DNA of 64,000 nt from an uncultured Planctomycetia bacterium (lineage in GTDB: Bacteria > Planctomycetota > UBA8108 > UBA1146): assembly GCA_964605665.1 (NCBI GenBank), contig CAZSDP010000003.1, positions 24,941 through 88,940 of the forward strand. The letters are read 5' to 3'. Positions 29,625-39,539 of this stretch are shown here, one piece after another. The notes under the pieces were generated by a model, which saw only the letters and a list, made by a program, of their open reading frames with translations, was not told the origin of the DNA and did not search any database. The position numbers and the translations under genes are program-made. Positions within the stretch are counted from its first letter, which is position 1; each line of letters starts with the position of its first letter.

Positions 29625-31220
29625 ATGAACGAGCAACCAGAGAACCGTTCGCGTCGTCGAGTTGGAGTCTTCGGATGGGGCGTGGTGGCACCACGATCTC
29701 CCGACGTGAAGACCTTCGCAAAGAATCTGATGCACAGCGAGTCGTGGCTCGCACCCTTCGAAGCATTTGGACCGTGCAACTATCTCGTCGGGATGCCGGA
29801 GTTCGATTTCGAGCGCTACCACGGCTGGCTCGACGAGCGCTTCCCTCCGCGTCGCTTCAATCAATTGACCTCGAAGATGGGTGAACCAACCCTATTCGCG
29901 ATCGGCGCCTTCATTCAAGCCCTCGAACAGAACCCAGGTTTGGAAGAAGAACTCCAAGCTCTCGGAGATCTCGCCCACGTCTATGTCGGAACGGGACTCG
30001 GCGATCTTCCGTCGATCTCCAAAATCTCAATCGAGTACGACCGAGCTCAACGACGATGGAATCGCTTCTGGTCCGATCCGGAACGAAACCGAGCCCTCGC
30101 AGCATACCTCGCGGGTGAGAAATCGAATGACCCCGACGCTCCCCCACCTCCCTTCGAGATTGAAGACCGAGACGAGCGTGAGGATGCCGAAGACCTTTGG
30201 AATGACTATTGGATGCGACGCTCCCCCCAGCTGATCCAGTTCCTCGAAGAACTGCGTGAAATCGAAGCGGTCGATGTCGCGGGAGAAGTCGAGAGTGGAA
30301 AAGCGGCGCTGATCCGTCGAAAGATGACGCAGATCGCCGAATTACGAAAGCGCTGGGGAACTCCGATCGAACCTTGGTCCGCAGTGAGTTCCAACCTGTT
30401 GTGGAATATCCACAACACGCCCGCCGCCCAGATCTCGATGCTGGGAAAAATCACCGGGAGCACCTTCGCCCCCGTCGCCGCCTGCTCCACCTTCGGCTAT
30501 TCCTTGCGCCTTGCGATGGATGCGATCGATCGTGGTGACGCGAAAGCAGTGGTGATCGGCGCCACCGATCCCTCCCCACATCCATTGACGGTGGGGACCT
30601 TCTCGACCTCACGCGTTCTCGCCTCCGATGGCCGCCTCTCGAAACCGCTCACGGGACTTCGCGGCACCCATGCCTCAGGTGGATCGTGCATCTGGATCGT
30701 GGGCGACCTCGAATATTTCCAAGGGAAAGGGTTCCGCCCGCTCGGCCTGGAACCACTCGGAGTCGGGGTGAGTTCCGATGCCGATCACATCATCACGCCA
30801 TCGAGTGAAGGTCCTCAGACCGCGATCGAACAAGCCTATCGCCTCGCTGGGATGAGCCCGGAGGACACCGGAACGTGGGACCTTCACGCAACCGCCACTC
30901 CGGGGGACTTCCTGGAGGTCGAAAACGCGCGCCAGATCATCCCTGCCACCGCCATCATCAGCGCTCGCAAAGGAACGTTCGGGCATGGGATGGGAGCGAG
31001 CGGCGGATGGGAGCTTCTCGCCCAATATCTCGCCTATGAAGAAGGGAAATTGCCCCCGACTGCTCTCGAGAGATCGGAGCTCAATCCAGAGATCGCCAAG
31101 GTGCACGACAACTTCTTGTTCACCGAAGGCAGTCCACTCCCCGATGGAATTGCCGGAAAGCTCTCGATGGGGGTGGGCGGCGTCAATGCGTGCGTGATCT
31201 CACGCCCTTGGCAAGAGTGA
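29625..31220 (+). CDS. Beta-ketoacyl synthase (thiolase-fold condensing enzyme) family protein with an atypical ~100-aa insertion
   Basis: Cys-His-His triad in KAS-like contexts: AACSTFGYS, HATATPGD and FGHGMGASGG. An insert (ERNRALAAYLAGEKSNDPDAPPPPFEIEDRDEREDAEDLWNDYW...) sits between the N-terminal KS half and the active-site Cys. The track ORF starts at a GTG at 29616. Confidence 0.7.
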   Translation: MNEQPENRSRRRVGVFGWGVVAPRSPDVKTFAKNLMHSESWLAPFEAFGPCNYLVGMPEFDFERYHGWLDERFPPRRFNQLTSKMGEPTLFAIGAFIQALEQNPGLEEELQALGDLAHVYVGTGLGDLPSISKISIEYDRAQRRWNRFWSDPERNRALAAYLAGEKSNDPDAPPPPFEIEDRDEREDAEDLWNDYWMRRSPQLIQFLEELREIEAVDVAGEVESGKAALIRRKMTQIAELRKRWGTPIEPWSAVSSNLLWNIHNTPAAQISMLGKITGSTFAPVAACSTFGYSLRLAMDAIDRGDAKAVVIGATDPSPHPLTVGTFSTSRVLASDGRLSKPLTGLRGTHASGGSCIWIVGDLEYFQGKGFRPLGLEPLGVGVSSDADHIITPSSEGPQTAIEQAYRLAGMSPEDTGTWDLHATATPGDFLEVENARQIIPATAIISARKGTFGHGMGASGGWELLAQYLAYEEGKLPPTALERSELNPEIAKVHDNFLFTEGSPLPDGIAGKLSMGVGGVNACVISRPWQE

Positions 31221-31260
31221 ACGACGAAGAGAGACGATACGACCACCTCTGATCCGCTCG

Positions 31261-31593
31261 CTAACGGTCGATCCCCTGTTGGTCGAGAAATTTGCGAACC
31301 TTTTCGGTGTGGTCACCTTGGAGCTCGATGGCTCCAGACTTGACCGTCCCCCCCGCTCCGATCTGTCCCTTCAGCTTCTTCGCCAGCACTGCGAGTTCCA
31401 GGTCGGAGAGGGGCAAACCGGTCACGACCGTCACCGCCTTTCCGCGGCGCCCTTTTTTTTCGAGGGAGACCCGCACCGGACCGCCCTCACGCCTGGCAGT
31501 TTTCGCATCTGCGCGGCACCGGCAAGAGCTCACCGCTTCTCCACAGTTGGAACAGCGCCTTCCCACTCCGGTCGAATAGACTGGTTTTCCCAT
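31261..31593 (-). CDS. yciH: Translation initiation factor SUI1/eIF1 family protein (YciH)
   Basis: 110 aa. The KKGRRGKAVTVVTGL...LKGQIGAGGTVKSGAIELQGDHTEKVRKFL pattern matches YciH/SUI1. Confidence 0.8.
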   Translation of the reverse strand: MGKPVYSTGVGRRCSNCGEAVSSCRCRADAKTARREGGPVRVSLEKKGRRGKAVTVVTGLPLSDLELAVLAKKLKGQIGAGGTVKSGAIELQGDHTEKVRKFLDQQGIDR

Positions 31594-31602
31594 CGGGGTT
31601 TC

Positions 31603-32973
31603 CTACTCCCGTTCGAGAGGCGATGAAAGCCAGCTTCGAAGCCGCTGACCGATCTCGGTGTGGCGAGTCAAACCGGGTAGGTCTTCTCCAGCCCCATGGT
31701 GGAGAACCAAAATCGGGGTCGCGGTATGACCCTGCGTGGCGAAGCTCACCAAGTGACCGGCACTTCTCTGAAGCGCCGGGGCATTCACACTCCACGTGGT
31801 CGCGGGAACGAACTCCACGCGGGCACTGCCGAAGATCGCCTCCCCGTCGATCACCGGCGGCTCCGCGGGCTTCTTCGACGCCATCGAAAACTTTGCCGCG
31901 GCGATCCCTTGGAGATCGGTGACCGTCGGTGTCACCCCGCCGGCACGGTAGGTCAAAGAGAGCCCCCCGGTCTCATGATCCGCGGTGATGATCAGGGCGA
32001 CATCGGAGTGCTGATCGACGTAGTCGAGAAGAAGCTCGATCGTCGCATCGAACTCCTGTAACTCTCCATACATCGCACCGACATCATTTTGATGCCCCGC
32101 ATGATCGATCCGTCCCCCCTCGATCATCAGAAAGAACCCCCGTTGAGGATCGAGACGATCGAGGGCCGACTCGGTCAACTGCGGAAGCCCCGGCACTTGC
32201 TGCGGCTCTCCGAGATCTCCGTCGCGGTCGACCCGATAGGGAAGATCGCTGGCGGCAAAGAGCCCCAAGAGTCGTCCCTCAGTAGGCGCTGCTCGCAACT
32301 CGGAGGCAGTTCTCACCAGTTGATACCCCTCGGCGGAGATCTCCGCCCCGAGGCTCTGTCCTCCCAAGCCACCGAGGAAATACTTCGATCCACCTCCCAA
32401 GAGAACATCGACCCCAGAAGAGATCATCTGCCGAGCGATTGTCAGTTCGTCATCTCGAGATGCCACATGAGCGACGAAACTCGCCGGGGTGGCGTGGGTC
32501 AAGCGCGTCGTGGTCACCAAAGCGGTCATCCGACCGCTGTCTCTCGCATCCTCCAGGCATGACCGGACGCTGTTGCCTTCCCGATCAAGCCCGATCCGGC
32601 CATTGGAGGTGGAGACCCCCGTTGCCATTTCGGTGGCGGCCGCCGCCGAATCGGTCACCGTCGAGTTGGCACTACCGGTGCGAAGAACGCTCAACCGGCC
32701 GGAGGCGATCGCTTTGCCGAGAGCGGTTTCTCCCTCGCCCAACGCATCTTGAACGTCGAGATAGAGGCCGATTTCCTGGGGTCCAAGCCCGTCCCCCACC
32801 AGCAAGATCACGCTCTTGGGGATCGACCCAACGGGGCCGAAGGAACGGATCGGAGTACTTCCCCGTTCACTCTTGAGCGGCAGGCTCACGATCACCAAGA
32901 GCGCCGATAAGAAAACGGCGGGGGCGACCCAACTGGCGGGAGTCTCCCGAGATTGCCTCGGTTCGGGGCTCAT
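31603..32973 (-). CDS. phoA: Alkaline phosphatase (PhoA family), secreted
   Basis: Signal/TM at the N-terminus. ILLVGDGLGPQE and VTDSAAAATEMATGV are alkaline phosphatase active-site Ser-region motifs. Confidence 0.75.
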   Translation of the reverse strand: MSPEPRQSRETPASWVAPAVFLSALLVIVSLPLKSERGSTPIRSFGPVGSIPKSVILLVGDGLGPQEIGLYLDVQDALGEGETALGKAIASGRLSVLRTGSANSTVTDSAAAATEMATGVSTSNGRIGLDREGNSVRSCLEDARDSGRMTALVTTTRLTHATPASFVAHVASRDDELTIARQMISSGVDVLLGGGSKYFLGGLGGQSLGAEISAEGYQLVRTASELRAAPTEGRLLGLFAASDLPYRVDRDGDLGEPQQVPGLPQLTESALDRLDPQRGFFLMIEGGRIDHAGHQNDVGAMYGELQEFDATIELLLDYVDQHSDVALIITADHETGGLSLTYRAGGVTPTVTDLQGIAAAKFSMASKKPAEPPVIDGEAIFGSARVEFVPATTWSVNAPALQRSAGHLVSFATQGHTATPILVLHHGAGEDLPGLTRHTEIGQRLRSWLSSPLERE

Positions 32974-33310
32974 TTCTCATCTCCAATTCGAAGGAGCAGA
33001 ACGATCGTGCTCCACGATAAATTGCCGGAATCTGTGAATGAAAGAGCCACCAATCCGTAAAAAACAGCTCTTGAGAACCATTTTCGGAGCAAATTCTGCG
33101 AGGGCAAGGGATCTGGGCTCGATCCGGAGTCAAATCACCTCTTGGAGCCCAGTTGGGGTTAGAATCAGCCCCGCTCAATTTTGTAGGGACAGTCTCTTTC
33201 CACCACCTTCGGCTGCTGGAACCAGACAGACTCGATGAATCGAACAGTGTCCGTTCACCCTGAATTCCCGCTCTGCTGGAAATGAGCGGTCCCAAACTAA
33301 GGAGTTCCGA

Positions 33311-34324
33311 ATGCGTCTTCCCCGTGCTTCTCAGCCAGCTCAACTCAAAGCGTTTGCACTGATCTTGGCTGGCCTTCTCGTCTACTCCACGCCGACCTGG
33401 TCTCAGGACGACACCTCAGCTGCCGAAGAAACGGTCGATATTCCGTGGGTCCTCGATTTCGCAAAGGCAAAGGAACAAGCGAAAGGTGAAGGGAAAGATC
33501 TGCTGATCAACTTCACCGGCAGCGATTGGTGTGGGTGGTGCAAGCGTCTCGAGGGGGAAGTCTTCAGCAAGAAAGAGTTCCTCGACGAGGCGGCGAAGAA
33601 GTACGTCTTCGTCTATCTCGACTTTCCGATGAATGAAGAAGCCAAGGCGAAGGTTGTCGACGAAAAGCTCAATGAAGAGCTCCGCACTTCCTACGGAGTC
33701 CAAGGGTTCCCCACGATCATCCTCACCGATCAGGGCGGCAACCCATTTGGCCGCACCGGATATCAACCGGGAGGTCCGACCGCGTACAATGAGCATCTCG
33801 CCAAGTTGCAAGGGGATGGCGCAAAGGTGAAGGAGTTGATCGCGGCCGGAGACGCCGTCTCCGACGAGCAACTCTCCGCAGCATTTCCATTCCTGATGTC
33901 GCAGGAGCTGATTTCATACTCCGGCTACTCCCACCTGCTCGACCAGGCGGAGAAGATCCCCGCCCTCAGCCAAGAGGTTGCTGCTTACCGAAATAACCAG
34001 AAGCTCAACTCGATGCTTTCCCAGCCAGAACCGGACTGGGATCAGGTGCACGCGTTCCTCGATACGGAAGGGCTCGCCGGCCCCGACTTCCTCAACGCCT
34101 GTTGGGCGACCGCGACGATGTATTTGGCGGAGAAGCATCAATTCTTGGCGGCGATCAAGGTGCTGGAGAAGATGCTGCAAGACCCGATCCTCAAAGACAA
34201 CGCACAGGGTCAGAAGATGATCAATGACAAGATTGCCGAACTGCGGGAATCGGAAAAGAACCACGACGACGATCACGACCACGATGACGACCATTCCCAC
34301 GACGGTCACGATCACGGCGGATAA
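33311..34324 (+). CDS. Periplasmic thioredoxin-fold protein (WCGWC motif; Thioredoxin_7-like) with a helical C-terminal domain and a His/Asp-rich tail
   Basis: AAGGAG SD 8 nt upstream of the ATG. Signal peptide. DLLINFTGSDWCGWCKRLE...GFPTIILTD is a thioredoxin fold with a CxxC. The C-terminus is ESEKNHDDDHDHDDDHSHDGHDHGG. Confidence 0.7.
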   Translation: MRLPRASQPAQLKAFALILAGLLVYSTPTWSQDDTSAAEETVDIPWVLDFAKAKEQAKGEGKDLLINFTGSDWCGWCKRLEGEVFSKKEFLDEAAKKYVFVYLDFPMNEEAKAKVVDEKLNEELRTSYGVQGFPTIILTDQGGNPFGRTGYQPGGPTAYNEHLAKLQGDGAKVKELIAAGDAVSDEQLSAAFPFLMSQELISYSGYSHLLDQAEKIPALSQEVAAYRNNQKLNSMLSQPEPDWDQVHAFLDTEGLAGPDFLNACWATATMYLAEKHQFLAAIKVLEKMLQDPILKDNAQGQKMINDKIAELRESEKNHDDDHDHDDDHSHDGHDHGG

Positions 34325-34370
34325 CTCGCCGCGCTTCAGCGTCTGGCTGAAACGCCCCCAGAATCAAAAG

Positions 34371-34420
34371 CGCGGGTCGACATCACCTGGAGGTGGTGCC
34401 GACCCGCGGCTCTTCTTCCA
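34371..34420 (+). terminator. Rho-independent-terminator-like hairpin downstream of the thioredoxin-fold gene
   Basis: CGCGGGTCGACATCACC-tggag-GTGGTGCCGACCCGCGG is a roughly 16-bp stem with two mismatches, followed by CTCTTCTTCC. Confidence 0.5.
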
Positions 34421-34585
34421 CTGCAATCGCTGATCTGCCCGCCAGAAAAGCACGCCCTCGCCGCTCAAAGATTTCCGCAATCTTGAGCATTTCTTCAGAA
34501 TGCTGCAGAGCCCAATCCACCCGCGAACTGGTATCCTGTGAATTCCAGCTCGTGATCCCTCACGAGACGCCGATGGGAGTTCTCA

Positions 34586-36358
34586 GTGCCGAACAGCAAC
34601 GAGGCCACCGCTACCGCCTCCGGAAGTCGCATCTGCGCTCCTGGTCAGAAGCCGGCGATGAAGCGATCACGTTCGAGCCGCTGGCGGATGTGGACTCTCA
34701 TCAGCGTTCACATTCTTTTCGTGATCCACCTCACCCATTGGTTGACCACTGGACGCACTCTCTCTCCGGTCGAGCCCTCGGAGTCGATGTTCTTCATCGA
34801 GCGAGGGGAGCTCAATGCCGGGTTTGTCTTTTTTGCTTCGACGTTGCTTTTGACCCTGATCTTCGGCCGGTTCTTCTGTGGCTGGGGGTGTCATGTTGTC
34901 GCCCTCCAGGATCTCTGCGGGGCCATCATGAAGAAGTGCGGAGTCCGCCCTAAACTCTTCAAATCGCGCTTCCTGATGTATGTCCCATTGATCATCGGCT
35001 TCGAGATGTTCATCTGGCCTTCGATTCAAATCCACCTCCTCGGCCCCCCTTCTGGAATCATCTCCGACCTCGACTGGGTCGCGTGGCTCGACGGAATCCC
35101 CGCCGCCGGCTGGGTCTTTTCCAATCACCTGATGACGACCGGGTTTTGGGACACATTCGCGGGACCTTGGATGGCGATTCCATTTCTTGGAATCTGCGGA
35201 TTCGCGGTGGTCTACTTCCTTGGGGCAAAGGGATTCTGCACCTATGGTTGCCCCTACGGCGCCTTTTTCGCCGGCGCGGATCGGCTCGCACCGGGGAAGA
35301 TCGTGGCGAATCTCGATGCTTGTGAAAAGTGCGGTCATTGCACCGCCAGCTGCACCTCAAATGTGAGGGTCCATGAGGAGATTCAAGTCTACGAAAAGGT
35401 GGTCTCCCCCGGTTGCATGAAGTGCCTCGACTGCGTGAGCGTCTGCCCCACCGGAGCGCTCTCATTCGGCATGACCACCCCCAAGCTCTTCACGAAACCG
35501 ATCGAAGGGCGAGCTCCAAAAGCGAAGCGATACGATCTGACGATGCGAGAAGAGTTGGTCTACTTCCTGCTCTTCTTTGCGATTCGCTATGCATGGAGGT
35601 CGGTCTACCACGAGGTGCCGATGTTGATGGCGACTGGAATCGCCGGCTGCCTCACCTTCTTGGTTTGGAAGAGTGTCCGCACCTTCCGCGATCGTGACGT
35701 CCGCTTCCTCAAATACCCTCTGAAAAGCGGTGGCCAGGTCGTTCGTCGCGGTCAATTCGTCCGATTTGCGACCTTCGCTCTTCTCCTGCTGACCGTCATC
35801 CTCGGGATCAGCAAATGGCATCAGGAGCAAGCGGAGTGGCAATACTCCCGCCTCGCTCTGCGCAACGTCAATATGGACAACGTACTCCTGGTCGGCCTGC
35901 CACCGGTCAACGATCAAGCTCGCGCCATCGCAGCCCGTGGAGCAGCGCATTTGAGATTGCTCCGGACGATCGGCAACGGGGGGCTCGCTTTGCTTCCTCA
36001 ACCGGATGAACTCCCGATCGAGCAGCGGCTCGGATACTTCTGGGTGATCGCCGGTGATCTCCCGGCAGCGCAAGCCTCTTGGGAAAAAGACCTCCCCGAA
36101 AACCAGAGCGGGGAACTCGCCGCCCGCTATGCCCAGCTGATCTTCCGGCGGTCGTATGACTCCTTTGCCGCCGGAGATCTCGACGGTGCCATCGCGATCG
36201 TTTCAGGAGGGTTGACGCATCTCCCGAACAGCCCATTTCTCGCCGACAAGTTGAGCGTCCTGTACGGTCAAAAGGGAGATCGCACCGCCTCCGACGAGTG
36301 GCGCAAGAAGGCGAATCAGCTCCAAGCGGAAGTACAACGACAATCGACTTCACAGTAG
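34586..36358 (+). CDS. Polyferredoxin-type 4Fe-4S membrane protein (NapH/MauN/COG0348-like) with a C-terminal soluble helical (TPR-like) domain
   Basis: FFCGWGCH, CTYGCPYG, CEKCGHCTASC and CMKCLDCVSVCP motifs interleaved with transmembrane segments. The start is uncertain; the Met at 34658 is also possible. Confidence 0.65.
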   Translation: MPNSNEATATASGSRICAPGQKPAMKRSRSSRWRMWTLISVHILFVIHLTHWLTTGRTLSPVEPSESMFFIERGELNAGFVFFASTLLLTLIFGRFFCGWGCHVVALQDLCGAIMKKCGVRPKLFKSRFLMYVPLIIGFEMFIWPSIQIHLLGPPSGIISDLDWVAWLDGIPAAGWVFSNHLMTTGFWDTFAGPWMAIPFLGICGFAVVYFLGAKGFCTYGCPYGAFFAGADRLAPGKIVANLDACEKCGHCTASCTSNVRVHEEIQVYEKVVSPGCMKCLDCVSVCPTGALSFGMTTPKLFTKPIEGRAPKAKRYDLTMREELVYFLLFFAIRYAWRSVYHEVPMLMATGIAGCLTFLVWKSVRTFRDRDVRFLKYPLKSGGQVVRRGQFVRFATFALLLLTVILGISKWHQEQAEWQYSRLALRNVNMDNVLLVGLPPVNDQARAIAARGAAHLRLLRTIGNGGLALLPQPDELPIEQRLGYFWVIAGDLPAAQASWEKDLPENQSGELAARYAQLIFRRSYDSFAAGDLDGAIAIVSGGLTHLPNSPFLADKLSVLYGQKGDRTASDEWRKKANQLQAEVQRQSTSQ

Positions 36359-36413
36359 CTTCCCTCGCCGACGTCGGGAGACGTGTATCGAGTCGGGATG
36401 CAACAGGAAGAAA

Positions 36414-37384
36414 TCAGCTGGGACTTTCTTCGGTGAGTTCGAGGAAGATCTCTTCCAAGCTCGGTCCTTCGCGGAAGCTCTTCGGCGTGAGACCTCGCTT
36501 CAACGTCAGCTCGAGCACGGCGGCGATCGCCTCCGCTGGATCTGAAGAGTCGTCCAGATTGAGGTGGAATCGTCGGTCAGCGACGTGCTCGGCAGCGGAC
36601 ACCGCAGAGACTGAGCGATAGGCTTCGAGATCCTCTTCAGTCGGAGCCGTGGCAAACTCAAGTTCGATCCGGCGACGAGCACTCATCATCGCCTCGGGCG
36701 TCCCGACCGCCTTCACCTGGCCGCGATCGAGAATCCCCACATCATCGCAAAGATCCTCGAGCTCGAAGAGATTGTGTGAACTGACCACCACCGTGGAGTG
36801 CTCAGAGAGATCAGCGATCACCTCGCGAATCCGCTTGGCATTCCGTGGATCCAATCCCGCCGTCGGCTCGTCGAGGAAGATCAATTCCGGTGACCCGAGA
36901 AACGCCTGCGCGATTCCTAACCTCTTCGCCATCCCATGGGAGAGGACCGACACTCCCCGCTCGAGATAACTTCCCAACCCGACTCGGGTGAGCGCTGCCG
37001 CCACTTCATCCCGAGCCACCCGACGAGAAGCCCCCTGTAGTCGGCGATAAAACACCAATTGATCGAGGATCGAGAGGTTTCGGTCGAAGAGCGCATCTTG
37101 CGGAAGGATGGAGACTCGGCCGAGTAGATCGGGACTCTCCGGAGGCAACCCATCCAAGATCTCGATCTTTCCTCCATCCGGCTTGAGAAAGCCCGCGATG
37201 ATCGAGAAGAGGGTCGTCTTTCCCGCTCCATTCGGTCCGACGAGACCGAAAATGCTCTTCGTTGGCACATCGAAGGAAACTTGATCGAGAGCCTTGACGG
37301 AACCGAACGATCGCGTCACCTCCTCAACCCGTAAACCGAAGGAGGGCGGCTTCTCTCGAGAGGCGCTGGCAGCAGGCTGATTCA
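36414..37384 (-). CDS. ABC transporter ATP-binding protein
   Basis: Walker A GLVGPNGAGKTT, signature LSHGMAKRLGIA, Walker B LIFLDEPTAGLD. The track ORF extends to 37727 but overlaps the upstream permease. A GTG preceded by GGAGGG near 37384 gives a typical N-terminal length. Confidence 0.75.
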
Positions 37385-38305
37385 CAGGTCCCTCCTCTTG
37401 AAGAGAAAGAGCCCGATTGCGAGGTATGCGACGGTGTAGCCGAGGCAACCGAGACTCGCGTGAATCGCCTGTTCCGTTTCGGGGTGGAAGAGTCGATGGC
37501 CAATTCCCCAAGGTGACAGATAGATGATCTTCCCCAACGGCTCCCACGCTTCCATCGCCAAGAACGCGATCGCGGGCACTCCCGGAATGATCACACTGGT
37601 CAAGACCAAGCTGCCAAATGGTGAGGCGACATTCGCCGAGATCAGGGAACAGAGAGCGACATAAGGTAAACTGAGGATCATAAAGGCGATGATTCCTCTC
37701 ACTCCCCACGAGGAGAGCTCGGTCCAAGTATAGAGGGCTCTTCCGCTGTCAGGATCTTCGAGCCGCAGCCCGCTGTAGACCACCACCGCGGCGAGCACCG
37801 CAGAAACCAACACCCAGGTAAAGATCGTCATCCCCAAGAAACGACCGAGGAATAGCTCACCCCGACTGACCCGTAACAGTTGGTAACGAATCGCGCCATA
37901 TTGCAGATCACCGCTCAGTTGATTGAATGCCCCCACCGCAATCAAGAGGGGAATCGCCAACATCTCGATGGCGAAGACCCCGGAGAGCATCGCCGGCTGA
38001 TCTTGCAGTAGGTAGACCGCCCATGTCCCATACTCCTGCATCGATTCTTGCTGCTCACCCATATTAAGGAGCTCTCCAAAGGAGGCTTGGAGGGAAGCCG
38101 CAGCGAGCATGAAACGAAGACTCTGTTCGAGTAAATCGAGCGTTTCTTTCAGGGGAAAAATCCCCGATTCGAAGACCGACAGAAGCGGCTCGATCACGAG
38201 CAAACCGAGCACAAAGGTGAGAAAGACATAGGAGATCCCAGTTCCGTTGCGCAAGAACGCTGGGAACGAGTAACGGATCACCAATCCGATGCGCCGTATG
38301 CTCAT
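37382..38305 (-). CDS. ABC-2-type transporter permease (6 predicted TM segments)
   Basis: A hydrophobic multi-pass protein immediately upstream of, and overlapping, the ATPase gene. Confidence 0.6.
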   Translation of the reverse strand: MSIRRIGLVIRYSFPAFLRNGTGISYVFLTFVLGLLVIEPLLSVFESGIFPLKETLDLLEQSLRFMLAAASLQASFGELLNMGEQQESMQEYGTWAVYLLQDQPAMLSGVFAIEMLAIPLLIAVGAFNQLSGDLQYGAIRYQLLRVSRGELFLGRFLGMTIFTWVLVSAVLAAVVVYSGLRLEDPDSGRALYTWTELSSWGVRGIIAFMILSLPYVALCSLISANVASPFGSLVLTSVIIPGVPAIAFLAMEAWEPLGKIIYLSPWGIGHRLFHPETEQAIHASLGCLGYTVAYLAIGLFLFKRRDL

Positions 38306-38312
38306 CGATCTC

Positions 38313-38786
38313 CTATCTCACCAGGTCTCGTCGGAACACGGTGTGAATCACCACCCCCAAGAAAACCGGGTAGAAGACAGTACGGATCAACCCGATTCCG
38401 AGATCGCGGATGTAGCTCTCCGGCATCCACGCCAAAATGCAAGCGACGGAAACCAGGTCGCAGATCACGTACAGCGTCGTGATGTGCTTCCCCCACACTC
38501 GTTTGCGTCTCAAATACCCAAATCCGGAAATGAAGAGGAGAAGTGCGGAGAGCAGCATCAGACCACCGATCAGAATGATGACCGGTGGAGAGACTTCGAC
38601 GAGTTCTTGAATCCGTCGACCGTCTCCGAAATCTTCTTCGCTTTTCAGCAAATACGGCGCAAAGACAAACCGCTGCAACAAGAATCCCGCAGCACTGAGC
38701 AGCTGAAGAAATGAAAGGAGGAAGTTGATCACCGCGAGCGCAGTCAACCCACTCGGTCGATCGGTTGTCGCCATCGAAGCGCTCAC
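38313..38786 (-). CDS. Small integral membrane protein (4 TM), first gene of the ABC transporter operon
   Basis: 157 aa with four hydrophobic helices and an 8-nt gap to the permease gene. There is no recognisable motif. Confidence 0.45.
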   Translation of the reverse strand: MSASMATTDRPSGLTALAVINFLLSFLQLLSAAGFLLQRFVFAPYLLKSEEDFGDGRRIQELVEVSPPVIILIGGLMLLSALLLFISGFGYLRRKRVWGKHITTLYVICDLVSVACILAWMPESYIRDLGIGLIRTVFYPVFLGVVIHTVFRRDLVR

Positions 38787-39101
38787 TTTATGAAGAGAGG
38801 TGGGACGGACTCGAACAACCTATCGACACCCACTGAGATGCCAACGCGATCCCGGGAACGGGAAAACAGCAGCACCCAGCGGCGCGATCTTCATAGAGTT
38901 TTCCTGAGAAGGCAAGCCAGACCTTCTGCTGGGCGAGTCATCAAGGTTTGAGCTCCGATCGTCGCGGCCAACGCTGCCGCCAGCGCGGCTTGTTGAGCTG
39001 CGAGGATCTCACATCGCCTGCCCACGTCAATTTCTCTCGCTTGAAGTACGCTCAAGCGACTCACCCGGCTCTTCGAGATGAGTCGCGGCAGGGTGCATCG
39101 A

Positions 39102-39539
39102 TCAGTCTTCTAAGAGAAGCTCTAATTCGGAGACATGTTGAGACTCCAGCGTCACCTGCGCTCGAGCAAATTCTTCGAGAACCACATCATTGGTCCCTTC
39201 TACTCGCTCGAGTAGTTCGCGGTACGCATCGAGTGCCGCCTTCTCGAAAACCAAAGCGGTCCTCAACGCCTCGGTCCCCCTCGCTCGCTCGGGCGGAAGA
39301 TCGATCTTCACCGACAGAGTTGGAGTCTCGCCGAGTTGCACGATCTTCTCTGCCACCAATTGAGCGTGCTCGATCGTCTCCTCCATATTTTCGAGGAGGA
39401 TCTTCCGAACAAGAAGACGGTCCATCCCCTTCAAGGTCACCGCCAAATGGAGATAGCGAAGAGAAGCCTCGACCTCTTCTGCATACAGTTCGTTGAGTCG
39501 AGCGAGAGCTTCCTCGCGGGTGATCGGGGTCTCACTCAT
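39102..39539 (-). CDS. Ferritin-like (bacterioferritin/Dps-type four-helix-bundle) protein
   Basis: The start at MSETPITREE has a GGAGGAGGG SD. Ferritin-like helical pattern (EASLRYLHLAV...EETIEHAQLVAEKI...ALVFEKAALDAYRE). It overlaps the DtxR-like gene stop by 8 nt. Confidence 0.6.
   Translation of the reverse strand: MSETPITREEALARLNELYAEEVEASLRYLHLAVTLKGMDRLLVRKILLENMEETIEHAQLVAEKIVQLGETPTLSVKIDLPPERARGTEALRTALVFEKAALDAYRELLERVEGTNDVVLEEFARAQVTLESQHVSELELLLED

Noticed and set aside
32974-33310. Lower-GC 337-bp divergent region between phoA and the thioredoxin-fold gene (possible Pho box or sRNA)
   Set aside because: No recognisable Pho box or structured RNA motif was found by eye. It probably holds ordinary divergent promoters.
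36372-36392. Palindrome CCGACGTCGG between the convergent polyferredoxin and ABC ATPase genes
   Set aside because: It is a short 10-bp self-complementary stretch with no loop and no T-tract. It is too weak to call a terminator.
38795-38835. Possible tRNA T-arm (GGACGGACTCGAAC) in the intergenic region upstream of the ABC operon
   Set aside because: No complementary T-stem, acceptor stem or anticodon arm could be formed on either strand, so this is probably a chance similarity.
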